Source: Candidatus Magasanikiibacteriota bacterium
Lineage (GTDB): Bacteria; Patescibacteriota; Patescibacteriia; Magasanikbacterales; UBA922
Direction: 5' to 3'
DNA: 64,000 nucleotides
NCBI GenBank assembly: GCA_016193335.1
Contig: JACPSK010000003.1
Location: forward strand, 23,739-87,738
Shown here: piece by piece, positions 8,761 to 19,077 of the stretch
Layout: every line of letters starts with the position of its first letter
How positions within the stretch are numbered: position 1 is the first letter of the stretch
Program-made: the position numbers and the translations under genes
The notes under the pieces: model-generated
Seen by the model: only the letters and a program-made list of their open reading frames with translations
The model's database searches: none
What the model was told of the DNA's origin: nothing

Positions 8761-8830
8761 CGTCGTTTCCCCCGGTTTTCTGCGCTATCCGATGCGCTCT
8801 AACTTGACAGGTTTTTGCGTCGGTGATATA

Positions 8831-8857
8831 TTATCACTCGGGTATATAGAGTGCTAA
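8831..8857 (+). promoter_or_regulatory. CIRCE operator (HrcA binding site) TTATCACTC-N9-GAGTGCTAA
   Basis: One mismatch from the consensus TTAGCACTC-N9-GAGTGCTAA, ending 1 nt before the hrcA start. Confidence 0.85.
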
Positions 8858-8858
8858 T

Positions 8859-9587
8859 ATGCAAAAACATAGTACGGTGCCGTCCCATAGATCAAATGAA
8901 ATTGCTCTTAATGAGCGAAAGCATAAGCTTTTGGGTCTTGTTATAGACCAGTATATTGAAACTACTCAGCCGGTAGGCTCCAAACTTCTCTCAGGAGAAG
9001 CTGAGGTGGATTTGAGCGCGGCTACCATTAGAAATGAGATGCGGGAGCTTGAAGAAGCCGGTTTGTTGGTTCAGCCTCATACTTCGGCAGGACGAGTCCC
9101 AACAGACAAAGGGTATAAATACTATGTTGAGCATATTTTGGAAAAAACCGAGCTTCCGGCAGTTCAGAGAAAGGCTATCAGACATATTGCCGATAAAATT
9201 ACCGATAGAAAAGACCGTTTTAAGCGCATGGGCCACTATGTGGCAGAAGAAGTTCAGTCTGCCGTAATAATTGCCTTCAATCGTGATACATTGTATTATA
9301 CCGGAATTGCGCATTTATTTGGTCAGCCAGAATTTAGAGATTATGCTTTTACTCTGAGCATGTCATCCATGTTCGACCATTGTGAACATACGGTAGATAG
9401 TCTTTATGAAATGCCGAAAGACCAAGAGCCCAGGGTCTTGATAGGTCATGAAAATCCTTTCGGAGATAATTGCGGCGCGGTGAGTATTTTTTGTCCTCAG
9501 CAGACGCTATTCGCCATCCTCGGACCTTTGCGCATGAAATATCGCAGAGGTTTGGAGCTTTTACGATACATACAAGAAATTATTTGA
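8859..9587 (+). CDS. hrcA: Heat-inducible transcription repressor HrcA (short, 242 aa)
   Basis: N-terminal winged-helix LNERKHKLLGLVIDQYIETTQPVGSKLL. CIRCE upstream, grpE-dnaK-dnaJ downstream. Confidence 0.8.
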   Translation: MQKHSTVPSHRSNEIALNERKHKLLGLVIDQYIETTQPVGSKLLSGEAEVDLSAATIRNEMRELEEAGLLVQPHTSAGRVPTDKGYKYYVEHILEKTELPAVQRKAIRHIADKITDRKDRFKRMGHYVAEEVQSAVIIAFNRDTLYYTGIAHLFGQPEFRDYAFTLSMSSMFDHCEHTVDSLYEMPKDQEPRVLIGHENPFGDNCGAVSIFCPQQTLFAILGPLRMKYRRGLELLRYIQEII

Positions 9588-9589
9588 TT

Positions 9590-10150
9590 ATGTCGGAAGA
9601 CACACAAAAAGAAATAAACAATGATCCTCAAAACTTGGTTCCTCCCTTGAGCCATAATCAAGAACCAGCCGATCAATGCGCGTCTCATATTTCTCAAATT
9701 GAAGAATACAAAGCCGGTTGGCAACGCGCTCAAGCTGATTATAAAAATTTGCAGTCTGAAATTGAAAAGAATAAATCCGAACTGGTTCGCTGGAGCGAAC
9801 GACATATCTTAGAAGAGTTTATCCCGGTCTATGATAATTTTAAAAAAGCTTTCAGAAGCAGAGACCAACATGCGCACGAAGAAGCCAAAGACAAGAGCAC
9901 GGCCTGTGCTAATTGGGTGGAAGGAATTCGTTTTATCATGAAGCAGTTTGGCGATATTTTGAAACAGCATGAGGTTGAGGAGATTCCCACGCTTGGCCAG
10001 ATTTTTGACCCAAGGTTCCATGAAGCTGTGGGAGAAGCGATATCCGAGGAGCAAGAAGACGGAATGATTACCCAAGAGATAGAAGGCGGTTATTGCATGA
10101 AAGGGAAAGTGCTAAGAGTGGCAAAAGTAGTAGTATCCAAAAAAACATAA
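9590..10150 (+). CDS. grpE: Nucleotide exchange factor GrpE
   Basis: C-terminal FDPRFHEAV...GYCMKGKVLRVAKVVVSK. Start set to ATG at 9590, immediately after the hrcA stop (ORF track 9470). Confidence 0.85.
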   Translation: MSEDTQKEINNDPQNLVPPLSHNQEPADQCASHISQIEEYKAGWQRAQADYKNLQSEIEKNKSELVRWSERHILEEFIPVYDNFKKAFRSRDQHAHEEAKDKSTACANWVEGIRFIMKQFGDILKQHEVEEIPTLGQIFDPRFHEAVGEAISEEQEDGMITQEIEGGYCMKGKVLRVAKVVVSKKT

Positions 10151-10247
10151 TCAAATTTATTATTTAAAGATTCGATCTCATACATATATATTGCTTTTAT
10201 CACCACGGTGAGGCCGGGCGGCCTGCTTGTGGGCGGAGGAACATAAT

Positions 10248-10694
10248 ATGTCATTAATTCGTTGGTCTCCTGCGTGGGATTCCTTGGCTGAAATGGAAGA
10301 ACTTATGAGCAGATTGCCGTCTGTACAAGGTCAAGGCGCCATGCAAAAAGGATTTATTCCCGCCATGGATGTCTACGAAACTCAAGATGCCGTTATAGTG
10401 GAAACGCCTCTTGCCGGAGTTCGCCCCGAAGACGTGGAGCTTAGCGTGGAACGGGGCGTCTTGACGGTTCAAGGCCGGAGTAACAAAGAGCACGAAGTAG
10501 AAGAAAAAAATTATTATAGAAAGGAAATGAGAAGCGGATCTTTTTTCAGACAGGTGGCTCTGCCTGTCCCGGTTAAGGAAGATAAAGTGAGCGCGGAATT
10601 TCAAGATGGTGTTTTAAAAATTACCTGTCCGAAAACAGCGCCTTTGAAAGCTCATAAAATAAACATACAGGTAAAAAAAGCAAAATCTAATTGA
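10248..10694 (+). CDS. Hsp20/alpha-crystallin small heat-shock protein
   Basis: MDVYETQDAVIVETPLAGVRPEDVELSVERGVLTVQG..FQDGVLKIT ACD signature. GGAGGA RBS 7 nt before ATG 10248. Confidence 0.85.
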   Translation: MSLIRWSPAWDSLAEMEELMSRLPSVQGQGAMQKGFIPAMDVYETQDAVIVETPLAGVRPEDVELSVERGVLTVQGRSNKEHEVEEKNYYRKEMRSGSFFRQVALPVPVKEDKVSAEFQDGVLKITCPKTAPLKAHKINIQVKKAKSN

Positions 10695-10775
10695 ATCTCC
10701 AAGCATCTCGGCTGAAGGTTCCAGCCGAGTTTTGGAAGATTAATTATCATAATTAAATTGCTTTATCACACGCGT

Positions 10776-12725
10776 ATGGGTAAAATTTTAGGAATTGATT
10801 TGGGCACTACAAATTCTTGCATGGCCGTAACCGAGGGAGGACAGCCTCGGGTATTGGAGAATAAGGAAGGGCATAGGACCACTCCTTCAGTGGTGGCGCT
10901 TTCAAAGACAGGGGAGCGTCTTGTCGGCCAGCTTGCCAAACGTCAAGCTGTTACCAATCCGACAAATACCTTGTATTCCATTAAACGTCTGATGGGACGT
11001 CGTTTTTCGGATCCAGAAATTTCTTTGGTCCAGAAACACGCGCCTTTTCAGATTGTGCAAGATGGTGAACGCCCTAAAGTAAAAATGGGTGATAAAACCT
11101 ACACAGCTCAGGAAATAAGCGCCATGGTTTTGCAGAAATTAAAAGCAGATGCCGAAGAAAAAATCGGTGAGAGTATCAGCGAAGCTGTCATTACGGTTCC
11201 GGCTTATTTTGACGACTCCCAGCGCCAGGCCACTAAGGACGCCGGAGAGATCGCCGGTTTGAAGGTTTTGCGTATTATCAATGAACCAACTGCCGCGGCT
11301 TTTGCCTATGGTTTTGATAAGAAAAATAATCAAAAGATAGCCGTGTACGATTTGGGAGGAGGAACTTTTGACATATCTATCTTGGAAATATCGCATGACG
11401 CTGAAGAAGGAAATTCTACGGTTGAAGTTCTCGCGACAAACGGGGACACGCATCTCGGCGGTGACGATTTCGATCAAGCGCTTATTCGCTGGATTCTGGA
11501 TGAGTTCAAGCGCGAACACGGCATAGATTTGGCCAATGATCCGCTTTCCCTGCAACGCGTAAAAGACGCGGCTGAAAAAGCAAAGATAGAACTTTCAAGC
11601 ACTTCGGAAACCGACATAAATGAGCCTTTTATAACCGCCGGCGTTGATGGACCCAAACATTTGAACATAAAGCTGAGCAGAGCAAAACTGGAAGATTTGG
11701 TTAGCGAGCTCGTGGACCGCACCATGTTGCCTTCGCGGAAGGCTTTGGAAGACGCGGGCGTTCAAAAAACAGACATACAAGAAGTTCTTTTGGTGGGTGG
11801 CATGACAAGGATGCCGCTGGTGCAAAAGAAAGTTGAAGAATTTTTTGGCAAGAAACCAAATGCCACGGTTAATCCGGATGAAGTGGTGGCAGTGGGCGCG
11901 GCTATTCAGGCCGGACAGCTTCAAGGAGACTTGGGCAAAGAGATTTTGCTTCTTGACGTGACTCCCTTATCCCTTGGCATCGAGACCATGGGAGGCGTAT
12001 GCACCAAGATTATTGAACGCAATACCACCATACCAACCAGCAAGAGCCAAACATTCTCAACGGCGGCAGACAGCCAACCGAGTGTTGAAATTCATGTTCT
12101 TCAAGGCGAACGCGAGATGTCTGGAGACAATAAAACCCTGGGCCGTTTTCATTTGGATGGTATACCGCCGTCCCCTCGCGGAGTCCCTCAGATAGAAGTC
12201 ACCTTTGACATAGACGCCAACGGTATTTTGAACGTATCAGCGAAAGATAAGGGCACAAACAGACAACAGTCCATACGTATAGAAGCTTCTTCCGGTTTAA
12301 ATGACGAAGAAATAGAAAAGATGAAAAAAGACGCGGAACTTCACGCTGAAGAAGATAAAAAGAAAAGGGAATTGGTAGAGGTAAAAAATGCCGCTGACAC
12401 AATGATATATACGGCGGAGAAGATGATGAAAGACGTGGAAGATAAAAAGCTTGAAATAAGCAAAGAGGAGCGGGAAAAAGTTGAAGAATCAATAAAGAAT
12501 CTTAAAGAGGCCAAAGAGAAGGATGATGCTGAGGCCATTAAGAAAGCTTCCGAGACTTTGTCCGGAGCCGCTCAAACCGTTGGCATGAAACTCTATCAAA
12601 AGGAACAAGCTTCTGCTTCTTCGCAAGAACCTGGCTCTCCTCACGACGCTCCCAAAGACCAGAAAGATCAAAAAGATGAAGGTCCCATTGAGGGAGAAGT
12701 GCTTGATGATTCAAAAACTTCTTGA
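10776..12725 (+). CDS. dnaK: Chaperone DnaK (Hsp70)
   Basis: [22 protein letters not shown]-terminal EEV-type tail. Full length. Confidence 0.97.
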   Translation: MGKILGIDLGTTNSCMAVTEGGQPRVLENKEGHRTTPSVVALSKTGERLVGQLAKRQAVTNPTNTLYSIKRLMGRRFSDPEISLVQKHAPFQIVQDGERPKVKMGDKTYTAQEISAMVLQKLKADAEEKIGESISEAVITVPAYFDDSQRQATKDAGEIAGLKVLRIINEPTAAAFAYGFDKKNNQKIAVYDLGGGTFDISILEISHDAEEGNSTVEVLATNGDTHLGGDDFDQALIRWILDEFKREHGIDLANDPLSLQRVKDAAEKAKIELSSTSETDINEPFITAGVDGPKHLNIKLSRAKLEDLVSELVDRTMLPSRKALEDAGVQKTDIQEVLLVGGMTRMPLVQKKVEEFFGKKPNATVNPDEVVAVGAAIQAGQLQGDLGKEILLLDVTPLSLGIETMGGVCTKIIERNTTIPTSKSQTFSTAADSQPSVEIHVLQGEREMSGDNKTLGRFHLDGIPPSPRGVPQIEVTFDIDANGILNVSAKDKGTNRQQSIRIEASSGLNDEEIEKMKKDAELHAEEDKKKRELVEVKNAADTMIYTAEKMMKDVEDKKLEISKEEREKVEESIKNLKEAKEKDDAEAIKKASETLSGAAQTVGMKLYQKEQASASSQEPGSPHDAPKDQKDQKDEGPIEGEVLDDSKTS

Positions 12726-12789
12726 TTTTTTTGTTTTTTTCAGTGATTTTTATTCAAGGTCGGAATGTTTCGGCCTTTAGCGATTATCT

Positions 12790-13422
12790 GTGCCGGATCC
12801 ATTCAATAATTTATCTGCTCTTGAGAAACGATTGGGTATTTCCCCTCAAGAGAATTCAGAATTAAATGGGTCTCGCGTACTCAAAGCTTATGAGTTCGCC
12901 AAACTCGCGCATGGAGATCAAAAGCGGGATGAAGGGACCGCCTATGTGATACATCCCCTCCGAGTAGCCCTGATTTTACTTGATGATATATGCGTAGCTG
13001 ATGAAGTCATGGTTATGGCCGCCCTCCTCCATGATGTGGTTGAAGATACTACAAAGGGCATCCAAGAAATCAAAGACTCTTTTGGCGACTCTGTGTCAGA
13101 TTTGGTGCAGGCTCTTACGCGGGTTCGCGTATACCCGGAGTCTGAACCTCACAAGTTTGCGCGCAAAGGGGACATGTTTGATTGGTATATTCATGAAGCT
13201 TCAGAAAAGGTGCGTCTGATAAAGTGCGCTGACATATTGGATAATATGCGAAGCTGGGCCTATATTCCAGATGGACACAATTCGGAAAAAAAATTCAGAC
13301 GATGGATGCGGGAAGCAGAGCTTTATTATATGCCTTTGGCAAAATTGACTCATCCGTTTTTCGCTCATGAGATTGCCGCTTTGGTAGAAAAGTACCGCGA
13401 AGAGAAACGTTTTGCGGCTTGA
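12790..13422 (+). CDS. HD-domain (p)ppGpp hydrolase, SpoT/Mesh1-like small alarmone hydrolase
   Basis: AHGDQKRDEGTAYVIHPLRVALIL....AALLHDVVEDT, the HD motif of the RelA/SpoT hydrolase domain. 210 aa, no synthetase domain. Confidence 0.65.
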   Translation: MPDPFNNLSALEKRLGISPQENSELNGSRVLKAYEFAKLAHGDQKRDEGTAYVIHPLRVALILLDDICVADEVMVMAALLHDVVEDTTKGIQEIKDSFGDSVSDLVQALTRVRVYPESEPHKFARKGDMFDWYIHEASEKVRLIKCADILDNMRSWAYIPDGHNSEKKFRRWMREAELYYMPLAKLTHPFFAHEIAALVEKYREEKRFAA

Positions 13423-13482
13423 GTCTTCATAAAAAAATTCTCTGATCTGTCAACATTTTAATGGCCTATCACATAGTGAGTT

Positions 13483-14391
13483 ATGAAAAAGATATTTATT
13501 GGAGTCCTTTTGTTTGCTGTCTTGGCAGTGGGATACTGGCTTATTTCTCCCTTATTTATTGATGTACGGGTGAATGAAGCATTTCCATCAGAAATTTCCG
13601 GAGAAATAAAAACACTGAGTAAAGAAGTGCTGAGAGACGATAGAGCAGCCTTTGTGGCAGACATGAATAAGATGGCCATGGAGGAACATGTTATGAACGA
13701 GGCCATGCCTCTCACTTCAGAGCCGAGGCTTTTGGCTGTTGGCAATTTTGAAAGTGTGGCGCATCGCGGATTTGGCACAGCCAAGCTTTTTGAAGTTCCC
13801 GGAGGGGATATTTATCTTCGTTTTGAAAATTTTGAAGTTTTGAACGGGCCAGATCTCCGTGTTTTTCTTTCAAAGAGCAGGGAAGTGAATTCTGCTGCCG
13901 ATCTCGGAGAAGATGCTTTTGAGTTGGGTTCTCTGAAGGGAAATAAAGGCGACCAAAATTATGTCATTGACGCCAAAACGGCTCAGACTGAGATTGACAT
14001 TACTGAATATCATTCAGTCATAATATATTGTAAGCCCTTTAAGGTTGTATTCAATTCAGCTTTTTTGGATTTTGACGCGGAAGAATTGATTGAATTCGGG
14101 TCCAGAGAGCAAACAGCTTCAAAAGCTGATCTGAGCGGTGGTTGGCTCATGGTCTCGAGCGAGACTTTGTCTTGGGACAGTATTATTCTTAATGAAGACG
14201 GAACTTATTTTTCGCATCTCAAGGAACGCCCCTTTGACACAGGTACTTGGGACTATTCTGACGACATTCTTGAACTCAAATCGGACGCGGGTTTGAGTAT
14301 GAATCTGAGTTTTTCGGATCTCACGCTTAAAGAAAATAAATTGGAACTTGAGCAAAATGGATTACAGACCGTATGGAATAAGGTAGAGTGA
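13483..14391 (+). CDS. Membrane-anchored DM13-domain protein
   Basis: N-terminal TM helix. HRGFGTAKLFEVPGGDIYLRFENFEVLNGPDLRVFL matches the DM13 signature. Confidence 0.55.
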   Translation: MKKIFIGVLLFAVLAVGYWLISPLFIDVRVNEAFPSEISGEIKTLSKEVLRDDRAAFVADMNKMAMEEHVMNEAMPLTSEPRLLAVGNFESVAHRGFGTAKLFEVPGGDIYLRFENFEVLNGPDLRVFLSKSREVNSAADLGEDAFELGSLKGNKGDQNYVIDAKTAQTEIDITEYHSVIIYCKPFKVVFNSAFLDFDAEELIEFGSREQTASKADLSGGWLMVSSETLSWDSIILNEDGTYFSHLKERPFDTGTWDYSDDILELKSDAGLSMNLSFSDLTLKENKLELEQNGLQTVWNKVE

Positions 14392-14417
14392 GCCATTAAT
14401 CAGTTTTTAAGAATCGC

Positions 14418-15518
14418 ATGTCAAAAGATTATTATCACCTGTTAGGGCTTGAGAAAAATGCTTCACCAGAGGAAATAAAAAAGGCTTTTCGCAAGCTTGC
14501 CCATAAGTATCATCCTGACAAGAAGGGGGGAGATGAAAAAAAGTTTAAAGAAATAAACGAAGCTTTTCAGGTTCTTGGCGATGAAGCGAAGCGCAAGCAA
14601 TATGATCAGTTTGGGGCTGATTTTGAACAGCAGGGCGGATTTGGCGGCGGCATGGGCTGGGAAGATTTTATGCGCGCGGCTCGCAGCCAGTCTGGTGCCG
14701 GTGGATTTCAGAGCAGTTTTGGAGGCAAGGACTTGAATGATTTGTTTGGAGATTTATTTGGGTTCGGTTCTTCTCAGTCTTCTTCTCAAAGTAGACGGGG
14801 TAATGACGTGCAAGTGGACATTGAGCTTTCTTTTGAAGACGCTGTATTTGGGGTAGAGCGCGAAATACGTCTTACAAAAAACAATGCGTGCGCCGTATGC
14901 AATGGTACCGGGGCTGAGCCGGGCAGCTCTATGAAGACCTGTGATACCTGCCGTGGACAGGGACAGGTGAGAAGAGTTCAACAGACCATGTTTGGCTCCA
15001 TGCAGTCAGTTGGCCTTTGTCATGATTGTCAGGGCAGGGGAACTTTGCCAAAAATTTTATGCAAACATTGCGGCGGGGTTGGTATGAAGAGAAGCGAATC
15101 TCTATACAACGTGAGAATTCCGGCAGGTATAGACCAAGGAGGAATGATAAGGCTCCAGGGCAAGGGAGAGAGCGCGGGCGCCGGCAGTCTTGTTGGAGAT
15201 CTCTATATTCGAGTTTTGCTCCGGCCTAAGAAGGGTTTTGAACGCAGAGGTTTTGACATATATACAGAAGCCCATCTTAGCTATCCCCAAGCGGCTCTTG
15301 GTGACAGCATCGCGATAGAAACCTTGGATGGAGTAAAAAAACTTGTTATACCAGCAGGCACGCAAGCGCGTCAAGAATTCAGGCTAAAAGGGTTGGGAGT
15401 ACCACATCTCAATAGGAACGGCAGAGGGGATCAGTATATAACTGTATTGGTGGACGTGCCAAAACGTTTGAGCAGAAAGGCAAAAAATTTGTTGGAGGAT
15501 TTAAAAGAAGAATTATAA
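14418..15518 (+). CDS. dnaJ: Chaperone DnaJ
   Basis: J-domain [16 protein letters not shown] region, four CxxCxGxG zinc-finger repeats. Confidence 0.95.
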   Translation: MSKDYYHLLGLEKNASPEEIKKAFRKLAHKYHPDKKGGDEKKFKEINEAFQVLGDEAKRKQYDQFGADFEQQGGFGGGMGWEDFMRAARSQSGAGGFQSSFGGKDLNDLFGDLFGFGSSQSSSQSRRGNDVQVDIELSFEDAVFGVEREIRLTKNNACAVCNGTGAEPGSSMKTCDTCRGQGQVRRVQQTMFGSMQSVGLCHDCQGRGTLPKILCKHCGGVGMKRSESLYNVRIPAGIDQGGMIRLQGKGESAGAGSLVGDLYIRVLLRPKKGFERRGFDIYTEAHLSYPQAALGDSIAIETLDGVKKLVIPAGTQARQEFRLKGLGVPHLNRNGRGDQYITVLVDVPKRLSRKAKNLLEDLKEEL

Positions 15519-15520
15519 AG

Positions 15521-15928
15521 TTAATCGTTTGTGCGTAGACTCCATTTGGTGAAAGCAGCCATTTCTTCCAGCATTTTTTTGAGGAGTCCTATCATAAGAT
15601 CTTGGCCGCGCATGAGATCATCAAAATAGTCTAGCTTCTTAAGGCGTTCTTTGATATCCACTATATCTGCATCGTGTTCAATAAGTTTTACCAAGACTCT
15701 GTCTTGTGTAGTCTCAATTTGCTTAATGTCTTTTTTCAATTCTGTCTCTACTTTTTCGATTTTTCTTTGAAGTCCTGTCTCCACTCTTTGTATTTTTTCT
15801 CCCAATTCGGTCTCAGCCCTTTGTATATCTTTCTTTACTTGGTTGATATCAGATTTCATAAGGGCGCCCAATTCATTGAGGTCTGATTTGAAAATGGCAG
15901 TACCTTTCGTTTTTTCCTCCTTTGCCAT
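15521..15928 (-). CDS. Hypothetical coiled-coil protein with tandem 11-residue repeats
   Basis: IQRAETELGEK/IQRVETGLQRK/IEKVETELKKD/IKQIETTQDRV, encoded by about 33-bp tandem DNA repeats at roughly 15700-15850. Confidence 0.5.
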   Translation of the reverse strand: MAKEEKTKGTAIFKSDLNELGALMKSDINQVKKDIQRAETELGEKIQRVETGLQRKIEKVETELKKDIKQIETTQDRVLVKLIEHDADIVDIKERLKKLDYFDDLMRGQDLMIGLLKKMLEEMAAFTKWSLRTND

Positions 15929-16086
15929 AGATATTTTTTACTTATGTTAAGTCTGCTTCGAGTATACTCAGCTCTTTTTTGTCGGTCAAGAGATTACATT
16001 AATTTTTTCTAAAATGAAATTTTTAGAAGTCTGTTAACTAGCAAGGACAGTGCGTTTTTTCACTCTTCTGGCTTCAAAACTACCCT

Positions 16087-16515
16087 CTATGGAGCATTTT
16101 GGGAAAGGATCTCTTCAAGATCGCCATTGATGACACGGGGTTTCATGGCAATAATTTCGGTTTCATAGTAGGGCATTTTTGGGATTTGGTATAAAAGGTA
16201 TATTGGTTTATTGAGTATATAAGCAAAACCCATTTCGAGAAAGCTGTTTCCTCCTACATATCCGGGGATTCCATGTTTTTCATAATTTAAAATCAATACG
16301 ACGTCGGATTTTTGTATCAATTTCCAATGTTCGCGGATGGCGTCTTGTTCGTATTTTTGTTTTAATTTCAAAATCTCTTTTTCTTCATCGGTGAGTCCCA
16401 CGAATTCTTTTGAAAATGTGGAAGGGTAGGCTTTGTGTCCGCGCGTTTTGAACCACTCGGCTACTTCTATGGCGCGTTCGGCGTACTGCATGGAGTGGCA
16501 TAAGGTGATGATCAT
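16087..16515 (-). CDS. Nucleoside 2-deoxyribosyltransferase-like (YtoQ-type) protein
   Basis: VVLILNYEK..GGNSFLEMGFAYILNKPIYLL resembles the D.GT.fE.G.A...kPv motif of the NDT-like Rossmann family. Confidence 0.45.
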   Translation of the reverse strand: MIITLCHSMQYAERAIEVAEWFKTRGHKAYPSTFSKEFVGLTDEEKEILKLKQKYEQDAIREHWKLIQKSDVVLILNYEKHGIPGYVGGNSFLEMGFAYILNKPIYLLYQIPKMPYYETEIIAMKPRVINGDLEEILSQNAP

Positions 16516-16536
16516 AATAGCATTCGACCGTTTTTA

Positions 16537-16830
16537 CTAAAAATCGGTCGAAGGAGGCGCGACTGTTGTTTTGTTTTTGTCTTTGTAAATAAGCCTTTGA
16601 ATGCATAAGGTGAGCCAGAGCGTGCCGGTAAGAAATGTGATGACAGAGGAAAAATACAGACGCAGCGTTATATAGGTGAAAGACATTGTATAGAGACCAA
16701 TGAAGGTTGGGATAGAAGTTTGGTATGAAATTGGTCCTGTTTTCGTCTTAAAACCGGACCAGATTTGCGGTATGAGCGCCGCAGAAAACACGATGGTGAC
16801 GCTCATAATGACTAGGTCTTGCCAGGGCAT
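16537..16830 (-). CDS. SemiSWEET-like small PQ-loop membrane protein (3 TM)
   Basis: 97 aa, three TM helices, PQ motif in TM1 (SAALIPQIWSGFKTKT). Confidence 0.5.
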   Translation of the reverse strand: MPWQDLVIMSVTIVFSAALIPQIWSGFKTKTGPISYQTSIPTFIGLYTMSFTYITLRLYFSSVITFLTGTLWLTLCIQRLIYKDKNKTTVAPPSTDF

Positions 16831-16848
16831 AGTATGTCTGTAAGGTAA

Positions 16849-17250
16849 TTATATGTTTTGATCCAAGGTTTTATTGACTTCGGCATCAGCCTCTTTATTT
16901 TTCGCGCGTAGCACATGCAGGATACGCACTTTCTTAAATTTTTGCATCTCATTCCATGCTTGGATAAATAGTTTTTGAAGATTCGGCTCTTTTACTTTCC
17001 ATCGGCGGTTGAGCTGTTCACATACGAGTTTACTGTCTACCATAAGCTCAACTTCGTCAGCACCAAATTCCCGTGCTTTTTTGAATGCTGAGATCGCGGC
17101 AGAGTACTCGGCGAAGTTGTTTGTTTGCGGGCCCAAATATTCCCCATAGTTGGCGATTATTTTTCCTTCTGCATTTTTTATGACCACACCGGTGGCCGCT
17201 GGTCCGGGATTCCCCCGCGCGCCGCCGTCGGTGTACAAAGAAAGTTTCAT
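16849..17250 (-). CDS. rnhA: Ribonuclease HI
   Basis: LYTDGGARGNPGPAATGVVI..., 133 aa. Confidence 0.9.
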   Translation of the reverse strand: MKLSLYTDGGARGNPGPAATGVVIKNAEGKIIANYGEYLGPQTNNFAEYSAAISAFKKAREFGADEVELMVDSKLVCEQLNRRWKVKEPNLQKLFIQAWNEMQKFKKVRILHVLRAKNKEADAEVNKTLDQNI

Positions 17251-17286
17251 AGAATGAATTTAGTAGAGCCGGACTCTCGTTTAGGT

Positions 17287-19077
17287 CTATCCCGTCTTTC
17301 GCAAATCCACGATCGTCAGTTGCAATTCTCGATTCCCATTCCATTCATTTATACCTACCTCAAATACCATATCAATTTTTTCACCGGGCTTCAACTCTTT
17401 TGACCAGTCTTTTCCGTCTCCCGCGTTTTCATTGCACAGATGCCATCCTATGGTTTTTCGGATCACCTGAGAATTGTGTTTCACCAGAATACGTAAGTGT
17501 TTGCTGTCTTTGCCGATTGGTTCCAACCGATGTACGGTAAGTCCTTCTGCCAAGTATTTTGGTTCAGGATTGCCCATTCCAAAAGGTTTGAAGTCTTTGA
17601 GAATATCATAAAATTCCCATGTCACTTCTTCCAAACTGATTTTCGCGTCTATATCAAGTCGCGGGCCTTTGTCGGTGTTTTTTGTTTCTTCCGTGGATAA
17701 AGCCGTTAAGCGTTTTTTGAATATGTCGAGTTTGTTCGGGTCTACAAGGGTAAATCCACAGGCCATCGGGTGGCCTCCGAATTTTCCGAATAATTCCGGC
17801 ATACTTTGGAGCGCTTTGATCATATTGAATTCTTCAATACTCCTGCCAGATCCCATGAGTTCGCCTTTATTATAAGTCATGGCTATTGTTGGTTTTTCGT
17901 AGCGTTCTTTTATTCTGCTCGCGATGAGCCCAACGACGCCGCTCGACCATTCTTTTCCGAGCACAAACAAAACAGGCGATTTTTCTGAATCCATCTTTTT
18001 TACTTGCTCTATCGCTTCTTTTACAAAAAGTTCGGTCATTTCGCGTCGTTCATTATTATTTTGTTCCAGTTCAAAAGCCAAATCAACGGCATCGGTGGCC
18101 TTTTCCGCTACAAAAAGTTTGTATCCGACATTGGCGTGATTCACCCTGCCCGCGGCATTGATTCGGGGCGCGATATGAAAACCTATCGTGTGCGCGTCAA
18201 TTTCGCGTTTTATTTTTCCGTCCCCTTCCATGAGGCCTATTTCCTCAAGAAGTTTGCGCATGCCTACGCGTTTTGCTTTGTTCATTACAATAAGCCCGTA
18301 TTTGGTAAGCGTTCTCGATTCACCGATAAGCGGCACCATGTCCGCCACGCTTGATAGGGCCACCATATCCAGCTGCCATTTTTCAAATCCTTCATGGCTC
18401 TGTCCGTCTGACAAGTTTTCATGAGATTCGGCGTGGTGTTTTAAGAGAGCCTGCATGAGTTTAAAGGCTACGGCGCCCCCGGCCAAGTTTTTGTCCGGAT
18501 AAGGCTCGCCGGGGATTTTGGGATGAATGATCGCAAAAGCTGGAGGCAATTCGACCGGTATGCTATGATGATCGGTTACAATTACATCCATGCCAAGCTC
18601 ACGGGCCCGTTCGATTTCCGGTTTATTGCTGATTCCGCAATCGCAGGTGATAATCAATGTGGTGCCTTGTTTGTGTAGAAGCTCTATCGTATTCATGTTG
18701 AGCCCGTATCCATCGCTTTCTCGATGCGGGAGAAATACGTCGAAGCGTTCATGCCCCAGGGCTTTAAATATCTGATGCAAGATAACCGAACCGGATACGC
18801 CATCGGCGTCGTAGTCTCCGTGTATTGTTATATGTTCCTTCTGCTCGAAAGCCTGGAAAATACGTTCCACCGTCTTTCTCATGTCCTGAAATAAGAAAGG
18901 ATCATGGACGTCTTGAGAATAGTCTGGATTCAAAAATTCATCAATTTGTGATTGAGTTTGGAGGCCTCTGTTATACAAGAGAGCTGCCACGGGTCTTGGC
19001 AGTTCGGGATGTTCTTCGAGGAATACGCGTGGAGGCTCAGGGAGCAGAGTCCAAATTTTTTGCATAATGAAAGACAA
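17287..19077 (-). CDS. recJ: Single-stranded-DNA-specific exonuclease RecJ
   Basis: DHH motifs ITIHGDYDADGVSGSVIL, CDCG, DHH. DHHA1 C-terminal region. Confidence 0.9.
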   Translation of the reverse strand: MSFIMQKIWTLLPEPPRVFLEEHPELPRPVAALLYNRGLQTQSQIDEFLNPDYSQDVHDPFLFQDMRKTVERIFQAFEQKEHITIHGDYDADGVSGSVILHQIFKALGHERFDVFLPHRESDGYGLNMNTIELLHKQGTTLIITCDCGISNKPEIERARELGMDVIVTDHHSIPVELPPAFAIIHPKIPGEPYPDKNLAGGAVAFKLMQALLKHHAESHENLSDGQSHEGFEKWQLDMVALSSVADMVPLIGESRTLTKYGLIVMNKAKRVGMRKLLEEIGLMEGDGKIKREIDAHTIGFHIAPRINAAGRVNHANVGYKLFVAEKATDAVDLAFELEQNNNERREMTELFVKEAIEQVKKMDSEKSPVLFVLGKEWSSGVVGLIASRIKERYEKPTIAMTYNKGELMGSGRSIEEFNMIKALQSMPELFGKFGGHPMACGFTLVDPNKLDIFKKRLTALSTEETKNTDKGPRLDIDAKISLEEVTWEFYDILKDFKPFGMGNPEPKYLAEGLTVHRLEPIGKDSKHLRILVKHNSQVIRKTIGWHLCNENAGDGKDWSKELKPGEKIDMVFEVGINEWNGNRELQLTIVDLRKTG

